From assembly GCA_013239625.1 (NCBI GenBank), contig MU054116.1, positions 252,131 to 272,130 of the forward strand: a DNA stretch of 20,000 bases, written 5' to 3'. Below the pieces are notes generated by a model, which had not been told where the DNA came from, did no database searches, and saw only the letters and a program-made list of their open reading frames with translations. Positions 10,565 through 20,000 of this stretch are shown in pieces. Numbering within the stretch: position 1 is the first letter of the stretch; each line of letters starts with the position of its first letter. Position numbers and translations under genes: made by a program. This DNA is from Lama guanicoe. Lineage: Eukaryota.

Positions 10565-10879
10565 GTCCGACTGATGCAGTAGCTATCAGCCATATATGGC
10601 TATTGAACACTTGAGATGTGGCTGGTTCAAACCAAGGTGTGTTATAACCGTGAAATATACATCAGATGTCAAGACTTAGAAAACAAATAAATAAAATATA
10701 CCATTTATAATTTTATACTGAATACATGTTGAACTGTTAATATTTTAGATATATGGAGGTAAATAAGATACATTATTTAAAATCAAGATCACCTGCTTCT
10801 TTTTACCTTTTGAATGACATGACCAGAAAACTTTAAATTGCAAATGTGGCTCACATTATATTTCTGTTGCAGTGTACTG
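10565..10879 (-). mobile_element. MER33-like hAT-Charlie element
   Basis: gccatatatggctattgaacacttgagatgtggct ... aatattttagatatat ... atgtggctcacattatatttctgttg matches the reverse of the recalled MER33 consensus over about 315 bp. Confidence 0.75.
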
Positions 10880-11309
10880 TTCTAGGTTTTCAAGTTCTTT
10901 CACATCGGGGAATTTTGAAAAAAGAATCTCCTAAGACAGATCAATTTGTTCTCTAAATGGCTTTCACACTTTTGTAATATAACCCTCAAATAACTTGGAA
11001 GTGTATGCTCCCTGACACTGAGAAAAATGAGGCTTTTTTTGTCTTTGTGAGGTGAAAAGTATCAACTCCCACCAGGTACAGACTTACTGCTGTACATTGC
11101 CAGGTTACAGACATTGTGAAAGAAAAAGGGACATTAACCTGGATTTATGAGACAAATAGTTTGCAAAGAGGTGATACAGTTACTGAAAGATGGGGGGATA
11201 TTAAAAATGGAGTGTTTACTAATGGTAATTGAGATATGTAAGATATAAATACATAGAGACAAAATAGATAAACGAGAGACAGAGACGGACAAAGAAAGAG
11301 AAAGTGAGG

Positions 11310-11536
11310 TAGATAATAAATTAGGAGTTTGGGATCGGCAAATACAAACTACCATGTACAGAACAGATACACATCAAGGTCCGACTGTATAGCACAGGGA
11401 ACTATATAGTCAATAGCTTGTAATAACCTATAATGAAAAAGAATATATATATATATCTGTATCATGATGCTGTACATCAGAAACTAATACACATTATAAA
11501 TCAACTATACTTCAATGAAAATAAAAAAAAAAAAAA
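11310..11536 (+). mobile_element. 5'-truncated L1 3' end with poly-A (cetartiodactyl-type)
   Basis: aaattaggagtttgggat...caaggtccgactgtatagcacagggaactatat...gctgtacatcagaaactaatac...aatcaactatacttcaat then an A tail. Confidence 0.85.
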
Positions 11537-11826
11537 GACCGACAGAGAGGAATCAGGAAAGGTTCCCTGTGTGTCAGTCAGACCACGGCACATGGTGTTG
11601 CACCAGCTTAACGATGCATAAAATGCGTCCCGCTCGCGTTTCCAACTGGTGAAGGTTCATGAGCTCTATAAATAACCTCAGAAATGACTGGATTTCTCAA
11701 TAAAACATCAAAAACAAATAAATATTGAAACTAGTAATCATTTGTTTTACTAGAGTGAAACATAATCACAAACGCCTTCTCTATAAATTATTTGCTGAAA
11801 CAGGCCTGGCTTGAAAACACCCCAGT

Positions 11827-11835
11827 ACTCACCTC
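11827..11835 (-). promoter_or_regulatory. Putative splice donor of a 5' non-coding exon of the OR6C2-like gene
   Basis: Minus strand GAG|GTGAGT, a near-consensus donor in unique sequence about 2.7 kb upstream of the acceptor. Confidence 0.35.
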
Positions 11836-12589
11836 TGACATTCTTCATCGTTTCGCCAGGAGGCTACACCTCAAATGACCTCAGTGAGCTTCACAGTTAA
11901 ACAAAAAGTTACTAGTAGGATCGTCTAAGTGCATTCCCAGCCCCTCGCCCCCAGGAACCTACAGTCACCATATATATACACATGGTTTCTAAACATATGA
12001 TACCATCCTACTCCAAAATTAAAACATATCTCTGTGCACTCTGGGTAACTGAAAGGAAGATAAAGTCCAAAGGGCAAGGAGGAGTTAGGAAGACTCTCTG
12101 GCTCTGTGAAAGTGGATGTTCTGATTTTCTCTGCTCAAACAGGTTTTTACATTTATGACCCTATTTATTTCCTTCATTTCCAACAGGTGTGCACAAAATA
12201 GGTGTGAATAAAAGTCCTTGGAGGACCTGATTCAAAATTCTCCATTGAATTCAAAATATATTACAAAAAAAAAAATCCTAAGCCAAGAAATAAAGATAAT
12301 TTCCTGAGAGAGAAAAAGATGCAGCAGTAGTAACAAGCTCAGTCCAAGCATCAGAAACAGGAAGATTCCAATGTCCCATCAGAAACCTGTTTCTAATTAT
12401 TTGTTCACACATGGTTTATGCAATGCAACAAGATAGCCTTCTTATCTAAAATTACACCCATAACAATATTTAATATAGAAAATTCAAAAATAGACATAAA
12501 AACTGAAAAAAAACAGAAACTGTAATATCCAGAAATAAACATTATTATTTTGATGTTTGTCCTTCCAAATATTGCCTATCATAATATGT

Positions 12590-13023
12590 AACTGCTGTAC
12601 TTACTATTACTAGTTTATTGTAAAGGACACTTCTCTGGAACAGCCAAATGGAAGAGTTCCATAGAGCGAAGTATGGAGGATGGGGCGGCGTGGAGTTTCC
12701 ATGCTCAGCCCTCCCAGCATCTCGATATGCTTTCCAATCTGGAAGCTCCCCTAACCTCCCTGTTCAAGAGTTTGTGTGGTACTTAATCTCCATCTCTCAC
12801 CCACCCGCCCCAGAGGTCAGTGGACAGGGCTGCCAGCTTCAATCCTCTAGTCCTTTGGTCTTTCTAAAGATCAGCCCCATTCTGAGGCTACCTAGGGTCC
12901 CCACCCTAAGTTTCCTTATGAGCATAAACACAAAGTAACAAAAGCCTATCAATCAGAAAATTTCAAGAGTTTTAGGAGCGCTGTGCCAGGAACAGGGACA
13001 AAGACCACATACTTCCTATGACA
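12590..13023 (-). mobile_element. MER21-like ERV LTR fragment
   Basis: gtttattgtaaagga...ggaacagccaaatggaagag...ccctcccagca...ggaagctc and gttttaggagcgctgtgccaggaacagggacaaagacca match recalled MER21. Confidence 0.75.
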
Positions 13024-13209
13024 TATATATTTACAAAGTGCAGGTGCAGCAAAAGAGTAGAAAGTTTTTTAATGTCTTTCTCTTAATAGAACAAGCAGAA
13101 AAAGAAATGAGCGTGTGCAATGAAGATCTGACCACTATAGTATATAAGGAGAGTAACAGATATATGTAGAAATGCACCCAAAAGATGAAGAAGACACTTT
13201 TTCATTTTT

Positions 13210-13547
13210 TGCTTAAACAAGAGAACTATGTCTTCTCACAGTTTGGAAGCTAGAAGTCCAAGATCAAGGTGCCGGCAGGGTTGGTTTCTTCTGAATCCTC
13301 TCTCCTCTGCCTGTAGATGACCGTCTTCTCCCTGTGTCTTCACACGATCCTCCCTCTGTGCACCATCTGCCTAATCACCTGTTTTCAGAAGGACACAATT
13401 AAATTGGATTAGGGATCACGCTAATGACCTCATTTTAACCTATTACCTCTTTAAAGATCCTATCTTCAAATATAGTCACTTTCTGAAGTAATGGGGGTTA
13501 GGGTTTCAACATATGAATTTGAGGAGAATGCAGACCAGCCCATAATA
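13210..13547 (-). mobile_element. MLT1 (ERVL-MaLR) solo LTR
   Basis: ttctcacagtttggaagctagaagtccaagatcaaggtgccggcagggttggtttcttctga...attggattaggg...aatgacctcattttaacc...ggtttcaacatatgaattt. Confidence 0.88.
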
Positions 13548-13898
13548 GGATCCTAGGGAAATGCACAGCCTGGAGTGGTGTGAGATTCTGAATTGCTGTT
13601 AGAAAATAACTGAAACATACCGAGAACAATACAAAGAAACACATGATGTACTGGAAGCTCAGCTTATTAAACATTTCCAATACAACGCGAGTCCCTGGTA
13701 TAAAGATCAGGGCCACGGTCTCCCAAGCTCCAGAAGCATCCTCACCTAGAACTGAGCACTTCTGATTTTCCTGTGCTCCTTTCTGCCTTGACTGCATTCC
13801 TGTGCAAATGCAAACTATATGTAATACTGTTTGTATGTGGGTGTTTTAAACTTTGCATAAATGTTATCATTCTGTATGCTTTCTTTCCAATTTTTTCT

Positions 13899-14260
13899 AT
13901 TGTGGTAAAATACACATAACATAATATTTACCATCTTAGCCTTTCTTAAATGTATAGCTCTTAAGTAATAAATACACTCCTAATGTTGTCCAACTATGAC
14001 GACCACCCATCTCTGTAACTCTTTTCATCCTGTAAAACTCAAATTCTATATCCATTTAACAATAATCTCCAATTTCCCAATCCCCCAGCCCCTGGCAACT
14101 ACCATTAATGCTTTGTTTTTATTATTTTGCCAACTTTAAATACCTCATGTAAGTGAAAACATACAGCGCTTGTCTTTTTGTGACTGGCTTATTACACTTA
14201 GCATAATGTCCTCAAGGTTCATCCACATTGCACTGTATGTCAGAATTTTCTTCCTTTTTT
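13899..14260 (-). mobile_element. L1MB-like 3' end
   Basis: ttgtggtaaaatacacataacat...cccccagcccctggcaactaccatt...tttttgtgactggcttattacacttagcataatgtcctcaaggttcatcca. Confidence 0.85.
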
Positions 14261-14384
14261 TTAATGTGTATTTTACCACAATTTTTTAAGGGGAAAATTC
14301 ATGCCACAAAAGAAGAAATGATAGAAATTAACTATCTCCATCTAAAGTTATACAAAGAATTTGATACACATATGTAATGAGTTG

Positions 14385-14790
14385 TGTGTTACATTCATAG
14401 CAGCCTTATTTATAGTAGCCAAAACATGGGAACAGCCCAAATGCCTGTCAACAAGGGAATGAATGAACACATTCTGGTATGTTCATACAATGGCAAACTA
14501 GGTAGCAACAAGAGCAGGCAATCCTGAGCTATACACAAATAAAGGACAAATCTCACAAACACAGTCCTGAGCAGTATCATTGCTTGTATAGAAAAAATTA
14601 AGGAACAAAACTGAATGATAGGATTTGGAACGATTGCTAATTTGGTTAAACTATAAAGAAAAGTATAACTTTTCAACTATTACTATTGAAGTCAGAAGAG
14701 TGGTTAACTTCAGGAGAGACAAGAATTTTAGTGGTTGGGAGAGGCACAAAAGGCACTTGTGGGGTCCTGGCAGTGTTCTATGCACTTTTT
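14385..14790 (+). mobile_element. Old L1 (L1ME-like) 3' fragment
   Basis: ttcatagcagccttatttatagtagccaaaacatgggaacagcccaaatgcctgtcaaca...gtatgttcatacaatgg...aaatctcacaaaca. Confidence 0.75.
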
Positions 14791-15559
14791 TTTTTCCCGT
14801 ATTTCAAAATAAAAATAGCATAGGAAGCTTTTGATCTGTGTGCCTCCAGGCAGTGCCTTGCACCAGTGACCAAACCAAAAAAAACCCTTTCCAGACTGAA
14901 TTTTTACACCTGCTTTATTTCTTCACTTACTTCTCCTCACGCCTCTCTACATTAACGGCATCTACTTTTAGGGACCATCCAAAACAAAAGGTTCATGTGG
15001 GAAGTTAGCAACCTTCTCTCTGACTGTTTGAGGTCCAGAACCAGTTGGTTTTGCAAAAACCTATGTTATCCCTAATGTCTGCAATCTCTTACTGTCTAAT
15101 CTAGTTGCAAACCAACCACTTATTGCCCAAGTTCAAATGTTTCTTGAGACCATTAGCTGAACCTAGCAGAGAACATCGAATAAATACTGGCTCTTTTCAG
15201 CCACGCCAGCAATGCCCCTCAGAGCCAGAGACTCAGCAGACTAGTCCCTGCAGTGAACAGCTTTATAAAACGTCATTTGTGTCAAATTAAGAATCTCCAG
15301 CTCTGAGGTTGGAATATATTTTTCTTTACCACCGCCTACCCATCCACTGAGTTAATGTCACATATTTTCTTTTTTGTTATGACAGGACTTCACTTATAGT
15401 ATGAACTTTTATATTAGTCTTATAAAAGGACAGACTGCTGAAAAAAAAACAAAACCTAAAAATATTGTGGCTGAAATAAGCCAAAAGAATATTTTTCTCC
15501 AAAATTCTAAAAAAAAAAAAAGTCAGCAAGCAATTCTCTTCCTCATGGTTTAAGGTTGG

Positions 15560-16525
15560 AGGCAAGAAAAATTATCAACGGCAGACATACCATAAAGAAT
15601 AGGTAAAAGAAGTTCTTCAAACAAGAAGAAAATTACAAAATAACAAATCTTGGTGAAACAAGAAAGAAGAAAGAACAATGGATGGAGAAGAAATAAGGGT
15701 AAGTAAAATAGACTTTCCTTATTCTCTTGTGTTTTGTAAATCATATGTGATGACTTAAACAAAAATTAACACCATCTGATACTGAAGACAATGATTTTTT
15801 AAAGTGGGGTGGGTAAAGTGATCTAAATAGTAGTAAGATTTCCACATTTCACCTGAAATGCTAAAACATCTATGCCAATAGACTGTGATAATATATGTAT
15901 GTTGTAATACCCAGAGCAACCACTAAGAAAATCAAACAAAGTGATACAATCACAAATACTGAATTAGGGTGGGGCGGTATAACTCAGTGGTAGAACATGT
16001 GCTTGGCATGCACAAGGTCCTGGGTTCAATCTCCAGTACCTCCTGGGGTTTGGAGGGAAAAAACTAAATAAATAAATAGTATTTCTTAAAAAATACTAAA
16101 TTAATGAATTAGTCAAAATGGAATCCTAAAGCGTGTTCAAACAACCTATATATGTGCAAAAAAAGAGAGAAAAACAAAGGAAATAAACAGAAACAAATAA
16201 TAAAAAGACAGACAAATCTGAACACATAAATAATTATCTTAAATGTAAATGGTTTAAACACATCAGTTAAAAGGAAGAAATTGGCAGAGTGAATTTATTT
16301 TTTAAAACAACCCAACTGTATGATATTATCAGAAATTTGCTTCACAATCAACAACATACTGAGGTTGAAAGTAAAAGGATAAAGAAAGCTATGCCATGAA
16401 AAATCAAGAAAAAAGCAGATATGGCTACATTAATATTAGATAAAGTAGACAGAAGCAAAGAAAATTACAAATAGGAAGCAAAGGGACATTTACATAATGA
16501 TAAAAGGACTGCTCCATGAGGAACC
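15560..16525 (+). mobile_element. Old L1 fragment (end of ORF1 to ORF2 endonuclease), interrupted by a SINE
   Basis: ttatcttaaatgtaaatggtttaaacacatcagttaaaagg...ttggcagagtg (LNVNGLN.P.KR-like), aggttgaaagtaaaaggat, gggacatttacataatgataaaagg. Confidence 0.8.
15967..16090 (+). mobile_element. tRNA-Ala-derived SINE (vic-1-type) with 13-bp TSD, inserted in L1
   Basis: gtataactcagtggtagaacatgtgcttggcatgcacaaggtcctgggttcaatctccagtacctcc. TSD aaatactgaatta (15954-15966) and aaatactaaatta (16091-16103). Confidence 0.88.
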
Positions 16526-16529
16526 CACC

Positions 16530-16714
16530 TTGCTTTATTTATTATCACATTTATGATGATCTCACTTATTTTACATTTACCTGTGCATTCATTTATTGTC
16601 CCTAGGCCATGTCTAGGCAAGGACTTCAGTGGTTTTGTTGACAGTCATATACCCAGAGCCCATAGCAGTACCTGCACAGGGTAAGTACTCAATAAATATT
16701 TATTGAATGAATGA
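16530..16714 (+). mobile_element. L2 3' end
   Basis: cccagagcccatagcagtacctgcacagggtaagtactcaataaatatttattgaatgaatgaa. Confidence 0.8.
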
Positions 16715-17086
16715 AAGTGTTATCCTATTATCCATCAAGATCTGCCCTTTAGATACAAGGCACTAATCATTATCAGCTCAAGTGATTTAAATACTTTAAA
16801 CACTAATGTTATGAACTAAAATTTTCCAACATCAGATCAGAAATGACCAAAGGTTTTCTAATTCTTATTATAGCATCTCATGCACAAAACTTAAGTTCTA
16901 CTTTCTTCATCATAAATATACTAATTATAAAATCAGCAAGCAAAAACTATTGACATTAGAATGCTTCCTGGAAAAAAGTCATCATTTCCAAAATAACCGT
17001 CTTCCATCAGTCACAGTTACCTCAGTCATTTCCTTATCATGCAATCTAGGTACTTCCTAAACTTTAGAAAGAAGTGTAGATTTTCC

Positions 17087-17461
17087 ATACTACTCAGCCC
17101 CCCAAAAAGAACAAAATCTGCCATTTGCAGCAACATAAATGGACTTGGAGGACACCTTGCTAAGTGAAGTAAGTCAGACAGAGAAAGACAAATACTCTAT
17201 GGTATCACTTTTATGTGGAATCTAAAACATACAACAAACTAGAGAATATAACCAAAAAACGAAGCAGACTCACAGACACAGAGAACAAACTAGTGGCTCC
17301 CAGAGAGGAAAGCGGGGGAGGGACAGTGTATGGGTGGGGAAGCAGGAGGTACAAACAACTGGGTGTAAGACAGGCTCAAGGATGCACTGTACACCACAGG
17401 GAAGACAGCCAATAGTTTGTAATAACTGTAAATGGAAAGTAATCTATAAAAAATTGTATTA
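17087..17461 (+). mobile_element. 5'-truncated L1 3' region (tail continues to about 17930 after the nested insert)
   Basis: gccatttgcagcaacataaatggacttggagg...ctaagtgaagtaagtcagacagagaaagacaaatac...atgtggaatctaaaa. Flanking aaagaagtgtag at 17068-17079 and 17928-17939 looks like a TSD. Confidence 0.85.
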
Positions 17462-17893
17462 AGAAGCCTCTACAAATTTAAGAGGACAAATTATTTCAAG
17501 CATCTTTTCTGACCACAATGCCATAAAACTAGAAATCAACCACTGGGGGGAAAAATGAGAGAAAAACAACTCTATGGAGACTAAACAACATGCTACTAAA
17601 AAACCAGTGGGTCAATGATGAAATCAAAGAAGAAATTTAAAACTACCTTGAGGCAAATGACAATGAAAACACAATTACACAGAATCTATGGAATACAGTA
17701 AAAGCAGTCCTAAGAGGGAAGTTCATAGTGGTAAAGGCCTTCCTCAAAAAACAAGAACAATCTCAATTAAACAATCTAACCTACCACCTAAAAGAATTAG
17801 AAGAAGAACAAACAAAACCTAAAGCCAGCAGAAGGAAAGAAATAATAAAGATCAGGGAGGAAATAAATTCTTTTAATTTAAGGACTAAGATTT
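17462..17893 (+). mobile_element. Internal L1 ORF2 fragment (end of the endonuclease domain) flanked by a 12-bp direct repeat
   Basis: agcatcttttctgaccacaatgccataaaactagaaatcaac (SIFSDHNAIKLEIN) and aaagcagtcctaagagggaagttcatag (KAVLRGKFI). aaaattgtatta at 17450-17461 and 17894-17905. Confidence 0.85.
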
Positions 17894-18329
17894 AAAATTG
17901 TATTACATGTTTTAAATTTTTTAGAAAAAAGAAGTGTAGCCATAAAAAAAAGTGTAGCCTTTCCAAATAATTCATTATCAAATAATTTCCTCCATGAATC
18001 ACTTCTTAAGCAGATTTCCACCTCTTGCTCTCGTTTTATTTTATGTTGATCTTTGTTCCCAAATTCCAAGCCTGCCCAATTTGCAGCCTAGACTGGCTCA
18101 TCAATGACCTGTCACTCAACTTACTTCCTCTCCATCCCCTTTCTAAAGAAGAGATTCACTCTAACCCAAATAGACCATTCGCAATCTGTCAGACTCAAGC
18201 AGTTTTCCACTGATAATTTTGGCTTTCTTGTCTGTAAACACAATTGAAAGAAACAACTGAACTATTGCCAAATACAGTTGTATAGTAATTCCCTCATTGG
18301 AGAAAAGAAAGTGGGAAACGTCTGTGAGG

Positions 18330-18450
18330 CATGTACTGTGTAGCTGGTACTTAGCAATTATAAGCCTATTTGAAGGGCATCATGGTCCCTATTTTACAGA
18401 AGAGGAAAGTGAGAACCAGAGAGATGGAGCTTCTTGTGTCACTCAAGGTG
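18330..18450 (-). mobile_element. Degenerate MIR fragment
   Basis: cctattttacagaagaggaaagtgagaaccagagag is the antisense MIR core. Confidence 0.65.
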
Positions 18451-18619
18451 GAGGTGATTATTGTGTTAAATTTGGTGAGACCATGTTCGTTCTCTGGGCC
18501 CCACCACTGCTATGAGAATTATATGCAGCCATGTATAAGGAAGCCATTTATAAGATATTTGTACGGTGGGTACTTTGTTCCTAATTCTGGCATTTTGTTC
18601 ACTAGCATTGGTTCTTCTG

Positions 18620-18649
18620 NNNNNNNNNNNNNNNNNNNNNNNNNNNNNN
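18620..18649. other. Assembly gap (30 N)
   Basis: Run of N. Confidence 1.
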
Positions 18650-19019
18650 GAATCTGAGAACTGCTATGAAGATGTCTTTGGGTAGCAAAGGGTTAGCCCT
18701 CCCAGGTAATACATACATATCTTAAGTTCTTCACTACCTTAAACTGGAAGTTTGCAAGTGTTTTCTCAGAAGAGACTCACAAGTCAAATGGGATCCCACC
18801 CCTATCTCAATCTGAGCATTCCCCTTTTATATGTTCTATGTTTCATTTATACACACACTTTGAAAAATGAAAATCACTGCTTACTGTCTTTAGCCAATAG
18901 TCTATAAATGGGCTAATTACAACCAGGCTAACAATGTTTATCAAATGTGACTTTTCAGGACATTTGTGACCTGCAAACGGTTCCACCTAAGCTGTTGGTC
19001 TACAGCCAAGTCCAGCCCT

Positions 19020-19480
19020 GCCCACCCATGGGGAAAGGCAAAGGTCATGACTCCACAGTCTTCCCTGCTCTCTGGCTACCGCCCACCCCAACCTCACCTC
19101 CAAGCTAGTCTCTCTGGATCTCATCGCTTAGCCATGTATTTAAAATTTGTTCCCAGGGTTGTTGACAAAGGACATTCATTAGCCTGTTCCAAACAAGAAT
19201 CCCCAGGGCAACTTGTGCTTCCTCACTCAGTTGACTCCCCCAGTGCACTCTCTCAATAGAGCAAATACCACCTTTGTCACTCTGGGTAAAGGACAGCTGA
19301 GGTGGGAGAGGGAGTTTATATTCTGCCTTCTGAGGTCATTAACATCATTTTTCCTAGAACAGAAAAATCCAGGGCAACTCTGCTCCTCAAAGCCCTTCTT
19401 TTAACCTTTATACTGGCTCCACTTTAAAAAGACAGGCTATCCAAAAACTCTGATGCAGTCCCAGTCTTAATGAGTGGAGA
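19020..19480. promoter_or_regulatory. Candidate OR promoter or enhancer: clustered homeodomain and O/E-like sites
   Basis: TCATTA at 19176-19181 and 19336-19341, TAATGA at 19468-19473. O/E-like acccatgggg 19024-19033, ttcccagggt 19150-19159, tccccagggc 19200-19209. No repeat recognised here. Confidence 0.4.
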
Positions 19481-19879
19481 AACAGAAATGGGCAAATTCC
19501 CACTAAACTGGTAAGGAAGTGGAAAAGACTATTTCTTACCAAGAGAAGCCCTGGAAGATTTGTAACTTCTGTGAAATGCTGGATAGGACGTGGTGGCAGA
19601 TAACATTGAAAATGCAATACATCTTATTTTATTTTATAATTATATAGCCTTATAATTTTTATATACCTCTAAGAATATTTAGAACTAAAATCTCACCATA
19701 GCCATTTGGATAGTCAAGTGAGGAGGTATATTCCCTCTTTACAGCTTCATTGATTTTACCTCTCTGTGGCTGTGAAGCCTGAAACCAATGCAGATGTGAA
19801 TATTCAACCTTTCCCTGAATATTTCAGGTTGGTAACCAGGAGGGCAAGGGCAACTTTTCCCGGTGTAACTATTCCCGGT

Positions 19880-19955
19880 CCCTGATTCCAACTGTGGACT
19901 GCATCCCACTAGTGGCTTATGGAATCAATTTAATGGGTTGCAATCAGCATTTGGA
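19880..19955. mobile_element. hAT-Charlie-type DNA transposon fragment
   Basis: caactgtggactgcatcccactagtggcttatggaatcaatttaatgggttgcaatcagcattt resembles a recalled Charlie-family end. Subfamily uncertain. Confidence 0.5.
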
Positions 19956-20000
19956 AAAAAATGTTTAGTAAAATAAAATTTAAAATACTATGTTGTACCA

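Noticed and set aside
18600..18670. Possible MER5A-like TIR pair around the gap
   Set aside because: Only short degenerate matches, and the interior is N.
1788..19617. Remaining short ORFs of 60-130 aa
   Set aside because: Mostly non-ATG starts, span N-gaps or repeats, and show no recognisable domains. Expected by chance in mammalian intergenic DNA.
1..20000. CRISPR, operon or other prokaryotic or novel multi-gene system
   Set aside because: The sequence is mammalian, with no repeat-spacer array and no unexplained long ORFs.

Overview
Mammalian genomic DNA from an olfactory receptor OR6C-family cluster, probably camelid given its tRNA-Ala-derived vic-1-type SINEs, in a draft assembly with three N-gaps. 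It holds the 3' two-thirds of an apparently intact OR6C4-like gene (+, <1-665) and a convergent OR6C2-like pseudogene (-, 9077-8139) broken by a single in-frame TGA at codon 139. The rest is interspersed repeat (L1, L2, MIR, Tigger1, MER33, MER21, MLT1, SINEs) and unique spacer. I see no convincing novel protein-coding system. The most notable structures are: (1) a ~1.15-kb near-identical duplication of the OR6C4 3' flank across a gap, ending fused to a headless SINE tail; (2) an ancient MIR fragment inside a younger Tigger1 element, closely matching a MIR 2.6 kb away, which suggests templated capture; (3) a twice-repeated homeodomain + O/E motif module near 19.2-19.4 kb, a candidate OR promoter or enhancer; (4) a tailless internal L1 ORF2 fragment with a 12-bp target-site duplication. 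Repeat and gene names come from recalled consensus sequences, not database searches.
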